Origin: a virus
Strand: one strand, 5' to 3'
IMG/VR virus record: IMGVR_UViG_646311906_000001
Location: 1-31,303 of that record
Length of the DNA stretch: 31,303 nt
Every line of letters starts with the position of its first letter. Position 1 is the first letter of the stretch. Positions 16,150 to 24,455 of this stretch are shown piece by piece. The position numbers and the translations under genes are program-made. The notes below the pieces were generated by a model. That model did not search any database and had not been told where the DNA came from. It saw nothing but the letters and a program-made list of their open reading frames with translations.

Positions 16150-16372
16150 ACACCTTCTCTTTCTCCTTCTTTATATCTTCCAAATCTTTCTCAAACTTAA
16201 GACGACGTAAAATCCGGCTACAATCTTCTTTTGTGGGTCTGAGAATCACATCGCCGACTTGAGGCTTTATTCTTTGATCGTAAACGATGATGACTTGAAC
16301 ATGGCTATCATAAACTTCTTCAAAGAATTTCTTAGCGATCTTGAGAAGTTTTAGAAATTCTAAATCTTGCAT
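16106..16372 (-). CDS. Hypothetical protein
   Basis: 88-aa ORF with a TATA-like TTTTAATTATC 16 nt upstream of ATG. Confidence 0.55.
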   Translation of the reverse strand: MQDLEFLKLLKIAKKFFEEVYDSHVQVIIVYDQRIKPQVGDVILRPTKEDCSRILRRLKFEKDLEDIKKEKEKVFGIANTGGGFGSYS

Positions 16373-16402
16373 GGCTATCTTTTGCCAAGATAATTAAAAT
16401 AG

Positions 16403-16642
16403 TTACTGCTTAAACAGGAACGGCAACAATGCACAGAATACGACAACAATTATGCCTACGACAGAACCCATTATTTTGAAGTATGTTTTATGTCTTTCTT
16501 GAGTCGTTTTTAGGTTACCTATTTCTTCGTCGTGAGTTCGTATCGTGCCATTTATCTTTTTTAAGTGCTCTAATATTTGATTTTGAGTGCCCTTAATCTC
16601 TCCGAGTGTCTCGAAGAGCTTAGCAACCATTTGTTCATCCAT
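16403..16642 (-). CDS. Coiled-coil plus C-terminal TM protein (XhlA/holin-like)
   Basis: Heptad region then IMGSVVGIIVVVFCALLPFLF. GAGGTG RBS. Confidence 0.65.
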   Translation of the reverse strand: MDEQMVAKLFETLGEIKGTQNQILEHLKKINGTIRTHDEEIGNLKTTQERHKTYFKIMGSVVGIIVVVFCALLPFLFKQ

Positions 16643-16651
16643 TCCTACACC

Positions 16652-17041
16652 TCAGGGTGCTACGGCCCTATACCTAACATTGCGGACGAACCACATTTGT
16701 AAAGCCTGTTCTGCGCTCTGCTCCATTATTTCAACCCATTCCCGTATCGTTTTCGTGTTCTGAGAATAATCCTCTCTTAGCTCGCCAATAGAATAGCTGA
16801 GGGGCTGATCTGATTTGCCCGTAATGGACCATTTAAGCACATCGATGCAAACCTTGTTCAAAAGCCATTTCTTGAGTAAAGCTTGGTTAGGAGCGGTTGT
16901 TAGATCCTCCACCTTGATTATGTCTTTCAGTTCAGCCTCTCTTTCGTCAATAAAAGATTGAACGGTAGCATCATCTGGTTCGGTGGCAAAAGCTTGTCCT
17001 AAAGCCGTTCTAACGTCGGAAACTGTTACCAGTGTGGTCAT
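16652..17041 (-). CDS. Head-tail adaptor (gp6/gp15-like)
   Basis: VTVSDVR start and SYSIGEL motif, directly after the capsid gene. Confidence 0.75.
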   Translation of the reverse strand: MTTLVTVSDVRTALGQAFATEPDDATVQSFIDEREAELKDIIKVEDLTTAPNQALLKKWLLNKVCIDVLKWSITGKSDQPLSYSIGELREDYSQNTKTIREWVEIMEQSAEQALQMWFVRNVRYRAVAP

Positions 17042-17049
17042 TGCGACCC

Positions 17050-17065
17050 CCTAAAAAATTAGAGG
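17050..17065 (-). terminator. Oligo-T terminator candidate after the capsid gene
   Basis: Minus strand CTAATTTTTTAG just after the stop. Similar stop-plus-T-tract motifs recur after several genes. Confidence 0.4.
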
Positions 17066-17872
17066 TTAGATCCCTGTGATAACACAGATAGCGCTCGGTC
17101 TCACGACACCAACGCCAAAGCGCTCGAAGACATTGATCAGATAGCTCTGTGACTTCTGTTCGTATGTTGGCCCTTCAACACTAATATCCTCAGCCAGCAC
17201 TAACAATCCAGCATTCTTCGTATCCAGAACGAGGGCTTTGGTGGAGTCTATCTGCGGAGTTCCGACGATCTTCAGCCCCAAGCTCTCGATTAGTTCGGTG
17301 TACGTTACCTTCGCATTTGCAACGGCGAGCTTTCTCAACTCCGCTATCTTGCTTGGATGCAAAACGATTACATCAGGTCTGTACAGGTAGTTTTCCTCAA
17401 GCTTTGCAACTGCACTATTTACATCCTCGTAAGGATCGGCCGTGTCAGAGCTCCAGCTTGCAGAGGCTGGAACACTATCACCAGCGCCGTTCGTCAGTGT
17501 GTCCAATATTCTCTTATCTTCCTCCAGTGCTACAACTCTCGCAGCATCCTTGGCGAGGTTTGCGATGGACATTATCTTGTTTGCAAGGTTCTCCTCTCTC
17601 GTAACCTTGAAGGCTTTTCCAATCTTCTTGATTTCAATCGTTGCCTCTTCGAATTTTATGCCTTCAAGTGGGAACTCTGCGCCTTCGGGAATCTCGGCAA
17701 CTTCGCTGAATCCTGTGAACTTCCTGTACTTGTAAACCTGAGTTCCGGGCGAAACTTTCTCAATCGTAACGAGCTGTCTTCCGACTCTAACGTTCAGGGC
17801 TTCCTGAACGACAAGATCCGATATTACTTGCAAAACCTCGGCCGGCAAAACTTGGCTCGTTATCACGGTCAA
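17066..17872 (-). CDS. HK97-fold major capsid protein
   Basis: EVAEIPEGAEFP, KKIGKAFKVTRE, ERFGVGVVRPSAI. TTG start with GGAGGTGA RBS. Confidence 0.92.
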   Translation of the reverse strand: MTVITSQVLPAEVLQVISDLVVQEALNVRVGRQLVTIEKVSPGTQVYKYRKFTGFSEVAEIPEGAEFPLEGIKFEEATIEIKKIGKAFKVTREENLANKIMSIANLAKDAARVVALEEDKRILDTLTNGAGDSVPASASWSSDTADPYEDVNSAVAKLEENYLYRPDVIVLHPSKIAELRKLAVANAKVTYTELIESLGLKIVGTPQIDSTKALVLDTKNAGLLVLAEDISVEGPTYEQKSQSYLINVFERFGVGVVRPSAICVITGI

Positions 17873-17885
17873 CTAAATCACCTCC

Positions 17886-18287
17886 TCATAGCGTGAGCTT
17901 AACCAAAATCTTATCTCCGTCAGCCGAAGCGGACGTGAGAGCTATGCCGATTATTTTCGTGGCATCATCGACATCGACAGTATTTCCAGCGGAATCTGTG
18001 TAAGTCTTGGTGGCAGAGAACTTTGCAACCTTGCCTCCCGCAGCGGACTGGACCTTGTCACCTGCAGCTATTGCTCCGGCCGCAACAACTTCGACGACTC
18101 CCTCAGTAACAATTGTAACATTCTCTCCGGCATTGGCATTGATTAGAGCAACTCCGATGACTTTGCTCGAAGCTCCGCCAGTTGGGGCTACAGTTTTATC
18201 GCCTGTAAGCTCGACTACCTGTCCGGCTGTAATGTCAGCGCCGGCGGTAAGCGGCAGATACTTCCCTTCCGGATATACCTCAACCAT
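17886..18287 (-). CDS. Capsid cement/decoration protein (DUF2190-like)
   Basis: AGADITAGQVV...IGVAL..A.AGE.V...GVV, GIALTSA motifs. Confidence 0.85.
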   Translation of the reverse strand: MVEVYPEGKYLPLTAGADITAGQVVELTGDKTVAPTGGASSKVIGVALINANAGENVTIVTEGVVEVVAAGAIAAGDKVQSAAGGKVAKFSATKTYTDSAGNTVDVDDATKIIGIALTSASADGDKILVKLTL

Positions 18288-18297
18288 TCACACCACC

Positions 18298-18663
18298 TCA
18301 CTCTAATCCTACAATCTTCCTCAACTCCTTGTACTTCCTCACGTCGACCTTGCCAAACGGAGAATCGATGAATTCCGGCTCGTCGAGAACAGTCTTAACC
18401 TTCTCAGCGACCTGCTTCGTGGAAAGAGCCTTATCGGCTAAGTCTGCGTACAACAGCTTCAATTCAATCACGTTCGCTTTCTTAAGCTCGGTTTCGTCGA
18501 TTTCTGTCTTCGTGATCTTAGATACGTTCTTGATCTTCTCGATGAGCTCTGCTTTCTCTTTTTCCTCGTATTCTGCGAGCTTAGCCTTAAGCTGCTCGTT
18601 TTCTTCTCTGAGTCTCTGGTTCTCTGCTTCGAGCTCTTTCACTTTAATCTCTAACTCCTTCAT
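18298..18663 (-). CDS. Nested in-frame scaffold protein starting at M320 (121 aa)
   Basis: Late-promoter-like TTTAAAAAGTCT-N19-ATG inside the protease gene, exactly at the start of the coiled coil. Confidence 0.55.
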   Translation of the reverse strand: MKELEIKVKELEAENQRLREENEQLKAKLAEYEEKEKAELIEKIKNVSKITKTEIDETELKKANVIELKLLYADLADKALSTKQVAEKVKTVLDEPEFIDSPFGKVDVRKYKELRKIVGLE

Positions 18664-19620
18664 GCCTTCATCAGCGGAAATCAGACTTTTTAAATCAAGA
18701 TGCCCGTCGAGAATCTTGTAGAATATGAACTCCGGAATCGCTCCACCGCATTTTATTCTCAGTTCCTCGAGCATGTGGAACTCTGGGGGTTCCCTGCCGA
18801 ATTCTTTGTAGTGAGCGGCGAGATGGTTGTAAACGGGCCTTCTATCCGAACTTGGAATATCGACACCGCCACGAGCTCCGAATAAAGCTGCCATTGCTGC
18901 TACAACTCCTCTCCAGACTACAGCATGAGTCCTTGGATCATGATGCGGTAACTTGAGATCTGTGAATCTCTTAGGAGGATTCTCAGGAGCCCAAGCGAAG
19001 TGTCCGGCTATCGATCTCTTCTCCTCAGTACTCAGCTCGTCCCAAGACTTGTCGGTAAAATCGCTCAAAGTTGGCTTTTTCCATGAGCTTTTGTCGTCTT
19101 TGCCGTATTTCCAAGGATGGCTCGGGACTACACCCTTGGTTAGCTCAACGCCTCCATCTTTATTCAGCATTTTCTCATAAACATCTTCTACAATAGCTTC
19201 AGGGTTAGCAGGAACCCCGACCAGAGATATTTCTAAGATTTTTAGACGAGTTATCTTATTACCCTGTCTTTCAAGAATCTTGAAGCCAATGCTGAAGGCA
19301 TCGAGAAATCTCTCCTTGAGGGATTTGTAAACCGTCTCAAATAGCGGATGGGCTTTGTTCAGCATTAGTTTGACCCACAATTTGCCGTTGCGAACTTCGG
19401 CTTCGACAATCTTGCCGATCGGGATGTCGTCGTATTTGTGATTGAGAAATACTTTGTTGTACGGCTCCTGTGTGAGTTCCTTAGCTGCCTGCTCGAGAGC
19501 TTCTTCGGTGATTATGTCGCCGTCGAGATCTTTGACTGCCGCTGAAGCATAGCCTTCTACGTAGACATTTTTGTCGTCGCTGAGCTCAGATACGCTCAAA
19601 TCTTTAACTACCAGTTCCAT
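18298..19620 (-). CDS. Prohead protease (HK97 S78-type) plus inserted domain plus coiled-coil scaffold
   Basis: VEGYASA..KDLDGD, LNH, FSIGF, EISLVGVPANP (aa 1-150); helical coiled-coil C-terminus. Confidence 0.9.
   Translation of the reverse strand: MELVVKDLSVSELSDDKNVYVEGYASAAVKDLDGDIITEEALEQAAKELTQEPYNKVFLNHKYDDIPIGKIVEAEVRNGKLWVKLMLNKAHPLFETVYKSLKERFLDAFSIGFKILERQGNKITRLKILEISLVGVPANPEAIVEDVYEKMLNKDGGVELTKGVVPSHPWKYGKDDKSSWKKPTLSDFTDKSWDELSTEEKRSIAGHFAWAPENPPKRFTDLKLPHHDPRTHAVVWRGVVAAMAALFGARGGVDIPSSDRRPVYNHLAAHYKEFGREPPEFHMLEELRIKCGGAIPEFIFYKILDGHLDLKSLISADEGMKELEIKVKELEAENQRLREENEQLKAKLAEYEEKEKAELIEKIKNVSKITKTEIDETELKKANVIELKLLYADLADKALSTKQVAEKVKTVLDEPEFIDSPFGKVDVRKYKELRKIVGLE
18683..18694 (-). 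promoter_or_regulatory. Internal late promoter variant
   Basis: TTTAAAAAGTCT-N19-ATG(18663). Confidence 0.55.
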
Positions 19621-19638
19621 GAAAAATTAGCAAAAAAG

Positions 19639-19649
19639 AGACTTTAAAA
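19639..19649 (-). promoter_or_regulatory. Late promoter motif for the protease
   Basis: TTTTAAAGTCT-N18-ATG(19620). Confidence 0.8.
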
Positions 19650-19651
19650 GA

Positions 19652-19918
19652 TCAGAGAATAACGAGAGCTACACCCTTGCGCTTCATGTCATTGAGAGGT
19701 AAGATCTCAAGCTCCTCGCCCTTGTCGTGCTTAAGCTCCTTAACTATGTCATCCGGAACATCAGCATACAACTTGCCATCTTCAGAATAGAACCTGACAG
19801 GGACATCGGATTTATCAACGATGATAAGCATATCTGGAGCCTCGACTACCTTAACGAAATAAACACCCTCCTTCAGTCCTACCGCTTCAAATTCGTCTTT
19901 TCGGACTTTTAGCTTCAT
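19652..19918 (-). CDS. AbrB/MazE-like small protein, putative immunity/antitoxin
   Basis: GKLYADVPDDIVKELKHDKGEELEI swapped-hairpin pattern. ATGA overlap with the MuF stop. Confidence 0.55.
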   Translation of the reverse strand: MKLKVRKDEFEAVGLKEGVYFVKVVEAPDMLIIVDKSDVPVRFYSEDGKLYADVPDDIVKELKHDKGEELEILPLNDMKRKGVALVIL

Positions 19919-21111
19919 TTTTTCAACTCCTTAAACTTCTCTTGGTACTTCTCAAACTTCCTCTTATTAATCTTATGTACAGTTTTTACTTGATCTTTTT
20001 CGTTGAGGACAATCCAAACGTGCTTGTCGCCGATCTTTCCAAGTACATGGGTATCGCCGACATCATCCATGTAGCGCTTACCTCTCTTCTTTAGCCTTAG
20101 GATGTCTGCAACCGTAATCTCGTGCTTCTCAAGTTCAACAGCTCGATCAATTCCATGTTTGGTGAAGTTCTCCCTAAGGAGCTGTAGAGCCTCCCGAGCT
20201 TTCTTCTCGGCGAGTTCTTTGACATCTTGTTTAAGCATTTCAGCAAGCTGCTGAAATCTTTCATCTTTTCTGAGTACTTGAATAACTTTGCGAACATTCT
20301 CCTCATCTGGAACTGTCTTGCCCTTAGGTGTCCTTGAAACCACTTTTGCATAGTGTTGCAAAGCCAATTCTTTTGATTCTCTGCTAATTGATCTTTTCTC
20401 TTGATCTGAGAACTTTATAACTGGAACTACACAACACCTACAATTTGGGTGGCAAGGTGGACGTGGAGCGGAGGGATCATCAATTTTGAAGATTTTATTG
20501 TAGTTTTTAGCGCATCTTGGGCATGTCCTTCTATCCATCGCTGCCAAATACTTGTAGTATCGAACTCCGGCTCGTTTATACCTATCCAAAGCGGCTTGAT
20601 TGAAAACTCTCGTTGCTTCGGTTTTCGCAATCCTCTCGGCATCGTATTTCGTCTTATCCGTAACTTCTTGAACTCGCTTTGTCAGTTCTCTTATTGTCTC
20701 CCCCTTGAGTAACCCGTCCCTGATTTGAAAAGCCAGCTTCTTCCTAACTTCATCACTCAGGCCCTTGATCAAATCAAGTTGGAGATTTTTGAGCTGATTG
20801 ACAGTTTCTTCATCGATGATGCTAAGAGTTGGCGGGATCAATAGCTCGATGCCGAACTTTTTAAGTTGCCTTGCTGCAAACTCAGCCCCTCTCTGCCAGA
20901 ACAACCACGTATAACGGTCTATTATTCTCTCTACCGCTTGCGGTCCCATCTCCTCTTCGACCACTTGCTTGATCCGCTCGATTGTCGATTCATCAATACG
21001 ATGAGCAGTTAGCAAGATCTCTTCAACTCGCTTGCGAACATTATCTGGTAATTTCCTAAGAACACGGGCAAATTCTTCCCGTAATGTCTTCGTGCGAGTT
21101 GGATCAACCAT
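19915..21111 (-). CDS. MuF/SPP1 gp7 minor head protein with a C-terminal DUF4258/BECR-like extension
   Basis: MuF core (ERIAKTE, DRRTCPRC, PPCHPNCRC ending at aa 230) plus a 168-aa extension with FTKHGIDR...VKTVH. Confidence 0.85.
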   Translation of the reverse strand: MVDPTRTKTLREEFARVLRKLPDNVRKRVEEILLTAHRIDESTIERIKQVVEEEMGPQAVERIIDRYTWLFWQRGAEFAARQLKKFGIELLIPPTLSIIDEETVNQLKNLQLDLIKGLSDEVRKKLAFQIRDGLLKGETIRELTKRVQEVTDKTKYDAERIAKTEATRVFNQAALDRYKRAGVRYYKYLAAMDRRTCPRCAKNYNKIFKIDDPSAPRPPCHPNCRCCVVPVIKFSDQEKRSISRESKELALQHYAKVVSRTPKGKTVPDEENVRKVIQVLRKDERFQQLAEMLKQDVKELAEKKAREALQLLRENFTKHGIDRAVELEKHEITVADILRLKKRGKRYMDDVGDTHVLGKIGDKHVWIVLNEKDQVKTVHKINKRKFEKYQEKFKELKK

Positions 21112-21116
21112 TTAGA

Positions 21117-22268
21117 TCACTCTTCACTTTCAGGGAGTGGGGGAAATCCAACTAATTCTCTTGCCTCGTTTGTATCGATAATTCCAGCTTGATATAATTG
21201 GACAGCTATCTCACTCCATAAGAGTTCCTCGTCCATCACTTCCTCGAATTCGATTTCAACGTCGAGATTTAACAGCGGGAACAGTTTAGCCTCGAGTTCT
21301 TCTTTGACTGTGGCCCTAAGTGATTGCAAGAATAAGCTGAACATCTTCAGCTGGTTAAACGACGTTGCACGGTTGGAACCCTCCGGCTCACCATAAAACA
21401 CCTTAGGAACCTTAAGCGCTTTATCGATCTGTCTCTGCAGGTACTGGATCATTTCCACGAGACCCTTCAAATCGAGCTTGGATTCCAGAACTTCAAACTC
21501 AGTAGATTCATCCGTCACGATTTGATTGACGACGACGATCTGATCCTCAACGTTTGTAGCGTTGTAATTTGTTTGCACCCTGTTTTGCAGAACCTTCTCA
21601 ACATCCGGGATCCTTGCAGGATTCTTTACCTTCGCATGCAACAACGGATGGCTCATTCTGTACGCCATCACCGCTGCCAAGATCTCCAGCTTCTGCTTGA
21701 GTTTGAGCAGGTTGTAAACTTGGTGGATTAAGGAGTAACCGTAGGGGCTGTTGCCGATTCTACCATAAGCGAAGTGCAAAACACGGTCCGGTGGAAGATC
21801 CCTCTGCTCGTTGCCAGTTGAATAAACGTAAGCCAATATGTCGCCGAACTCGTTGACCTTCACACGAACCCTCTTAGGGTTGAGATATTGCATTTCGATT
21901 CCTATCTCGCTGTCCGCAAGGTACTCATAGGCGTTGCCGTAGATCAGCATCGTTCTGACGTCGTTTATTAGCCGGGTCCGGAGCTTAACTTCTTTGGCAA
22001 ACTCTTCAGCCCTTCTAACATCCTGCTCTGGTCCGCTGAAGTTGAATTCCGTAACGGCAAAATGAGCGATGAGGTCAATAGCCGTGCTGACATCCACCGA
22101 GGTAAAGTAGGTCTCCTCATAGGCCTGATAGTTCTGCACGACTCCCATCGTAAATGCCAGATTCTGACTGAGTTCTGCGAATGGGAATATTTGGACTTTC
22201 TCCGCTCTGTAGTCGGCTGATTTGGTTTTGAAGGATGAGACGATTTTCTGCTTGAGCTTCCAGAGCAT
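21117..22268 (-). CDS. Portal protein
   Basis: MLIYGNAY, LNPKRV, VLHF.YG..G.SPYGYS, ALKVPKVFYG motifs; between TerL and MuF. Confidence 0.92.
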   Translation of the reverse strand: MLWKLKQKIVSSFKTKSADYRAEKVQIFPFAELSQNLAFTMGVVQNYQAYEETYFTSVDVSTAIDLIAHFAVTEFNFSGPEQDVRRAEEFAKEVKLRTRLINDVRTMLIYGNAYEYLADSEIGIEMQYLNPKRVRVKVNEFGDILAYVYSTGNEQRDLPPDRVLHFAYGRIGNSPYGYSLIHQVYNLLKLKQKLEILAAVMAYRMSHPLLHAKVKNPARIPDVEKVLQNRVQTNYNATNVEDQIVVVNQIVTDESTEFEVLESKLDLKGLVEMIQYLQRQIDKALKVPKVFYGEPEGSNRATSFNQLKMFSLFLQSLRATVKEELEAKLFPLLNLDVEIEFEEVMDEELLWSEIAVQLYQAGIIDTNEARELVGFPPLPESEE

Positions 22269-22285
22269 AAATCATGCAAGCAGTT

Positions 22286-22298
22286 AGACTTTATTAAA
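22286..22298. promoter_or_regulatory. Late promoter variant for the portal; its TATA also fits the divergent + gene
   Basis: Minus: TTTAATAAAGTCT-N17-ATG(22268). Plus: TTTATTAAA-N19-ATG(22318). Confidence 0.65.
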
Positions 22299-22317
22299 GA
22301 ACAAGTTACGTCAGTAC

Positions 22318-22668
22318 ATGCAGTTAATACAGAAGTTGGCAATTGTCATGGTAGTGGTAGTACTGGCATCTTTTACCTTCTATGTTCTTCCCCCTCTACT
22401 GTATGTAATCTTCCAAAGTATTATCACTTATGGAGTTATATCTTATTTCTGGAAAGAACTCAAGAGAATTGCTAAAGAATACCTTCGAGCAATTATTGCA
22501 GGAGCTTCAGGAGGATTTGTTGTTTTTTTGGCAAGCAAGTTGTCAACTCCAAATGTCAATCTCAACGAGACAATATGCTTCTTTGGTCTAGGTATGAGCG
22601 CTGTAGTGTTTTTTATGCTACTATATCTAATTGTTGAAGGAGTTGAAGATGAGAATGGCCAAGATTGA
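22318..22668 (+). CDS. Multi-pass membrane accessory protein
   Basis: About 4 hydrophobic segments, opposite strand between TerL and portal. Confidence 0.7.
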   Translation: MQLIQKLAIVMVVVVLASFTFYVLPPLLYVIFQSIITYGVISYFWKELKRIAKEYLRAIIAGASGGFVVFLASKLSTPNVNLNETICFFGLGMSAVVFFMLLYLIVEGVEDENGQD

Positions 22669-22727
22669 CAGATGTACATCGCTTGTTCGCCCAAGATGCT
22701 AGAGCTGGAACTACCACATAAGTATGG

Positions 22728-23021
22728 TTAGATAGGTCTGTAAATCTTAACTCCTAAGAGCTCCCCTGTTACCTCATATTCCGTCTCCTCTAAGTACTTT
22801 CTAATTATCTCATAATCAATTGGAAACTCACCGAACTTTTCTATAATCCATTTTTTGTGCTTTTCATCGTGTGGACTTTTGAAAGATATGTGCTTAGCTA
22901 AATCTGCCGCTCTTGGTTTTCTAAACGGCTGTTTTTCGCTACTGTACTTTATAAGATGTCCGCAAACAGGGCATTGGAGCATACTTTTATGGCCGATATC
23001 TGCATATCTCACACGCTTCAT
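22728..23021 (-). CDS. Zinc-finger protein (C2H2-like; start probably ATG 23021)
   Basis: CPVCG...LAKH...DEKH. TTTAAATTATC lies 19 nt upstream of ATG 23021. Confidence 0.65.
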   Translation of the reverse strand: MKRVRYADIGHKSMLQCPVCGHLIKYSSEKQPFRKPRAADLAKHISFKSPHDEKHKKWIIEKFGEFPIDYEIIRKYLEETEYEVTGELLGVKIYRPI

Positions 23022-23093
23022 TAGATCTGAACTTATTACAGATAATTTAAAGTTTTTGGCATTACATAAAAAATTATATATCACAAAAAGATT

Positions 23094-24455
23094 CTATATC
23101 CTCGCTACACCTAGGCTGATGTATCCCGTACCTGAATGCTGCTCAGCCGCCCAGACCGCCAAAGCTAAAGCAATAACATAGTCATCGTGGAACCCTTGCC
23201 TCGCTTCCATCTTGATGCCAGTTCTCGTTAGCTGGTACTCGAAGAACTGTAGCTCCTTGACGAGCTCCTCAATGTATGGATATCTGATCTCACCATTTTC
23301 TAATGCAGCCTGCAACCTCTGAATTAATTGGACCTTAGACTTAGGTGTAAAGACGTATCCCTCAGCCCCAACATCCTGCAGGTCCTCGAGCACAGGATCC
23401 CCAACACCGGTCGAGTCGATCAGTACCTTAGCATAGTTGAACCTGCGGTAGAGCTCCTTGAGCCTCATGATGACCTCAGCGTAGGGCCTGCGGTTGAACC
23501 GTTCAAAGTGGACCAATTTGTAGGGCTTCTCCGTCACATCGAGCACCACGATAACGGTATAATCCTGATACTTCGCCAGATCGCAGCCGATAACGTACTG
23601 CTTACTTACGTTTTCAGCACTATCAATCAACTCGATGCTGTTATCCACATTTTTCTGAATGTCAGCCCATCTGAACACAGCATTCTGATCCTCCACGAAT
23701 TCGGCCAAGTATTCAGTTCGGAATATGATCGAGTTCTCGCCGTACTCCCGCTTCTTCTTCTCGATGAATTCATGAGAGATGTGAGGGTTGACTGTTGAGG
23801 GGAAGCGATAGCTCGAATAGTCGGGAAAATCTGGACTCTGGCCCTTCAGGTAAGTATCGTAGAAGTGATTCTTACCGAATGGGGTTCCGATCTTGATCCA
23901 AGAACCGTTATAGTCTGCGAGCATGGGCTCGATGATGTTTGAGATTACATCATCCGGAATGAATGCAGCCTCATCAAGGATGATCCGGTGAGCTTTATGA
24001 CCTCTCAAGAATTCGGGCTTGGATGCCGAACGGGCATGAATAACGCTGTCATTTTTGAAGATGATGTGATGGAACGGAGTCTTGTAGATCCTTCTGATCA
24101 TGCATCCCAAAATCGACTTAGACAGAAACTGAACGATTTGGCCGAACATTATGTTAGATTGATCGTAAGATGGAGCTATTACAAACTGAATCGAGCCCGG
24201 ATTAGTTAAAGCGTAATAAATGGCTGAAACTGCCATGCATTCTGTCTTACCGAACCTCCTACCTGCTACTACTGTGATGAATTGATGCCGGTCCCGCAGG
24301 ATCTGAGCCTGTGCAGGGTGTGCCCCCCAGTCAAGGAACACTTTGGCGAAGGTTACAGGATCCGAGAGAACCTTCTTCTTAAGCTCCTTGTCAGTCTTCA
24401 ACTTCTTCAATATCGTTTTGTCCAAAGATTTCTTTGAGGAGGTCTTCGGTTTCAT
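23094..24455 (-). CDS. terL: Terminase large subunit
   Basis: Walker A AGRRFGKT, Walker B IILDEAA, IGTPFG, nuclease GCDLA and HDDYVIALALA. GGGTGA RBS before ATG 24455. Confidence 0.97.
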   Translation of the reverse strand: MKPKTSSKKSLDKTILKKLKTDKELKKKVLSDPVTFAKVFLDWGAHPAQAQILRDRHQFITVVAGRRFGKTECMAVSAIYYALTNPGSIQFVIAPSYDQSNIMFGQIVQFLSKSILGCMIRRIYKTPFHHIIFKNDSVIHARSASKPEFLRGHKAHRIILDEAAFIPDDVISNIIEPMLADYNGSWIKIGTPFGKNHFYDTYLKGQSPDFPDYSSYRFPSTVNPHISHEFIEKKKREYGENSIIFRTEYLAEFVEDQNAVFRWADIQKNVDNSIELIDSAENVSKQYVIGCDLAKYQDYTVIVVLDVTEKPYKLVHFERFNRRPYAEVIMRLKELYRRFNYAKVLIDSTGVGDPVLEDLQDVGAEGYVFTPKSKVQLIQRLQAALENGEIRYPYIEELVKELQFFEYQLTRTGIKMEARQGFHDDYVIALALAVWAAEQHSGTGYISLGVARI

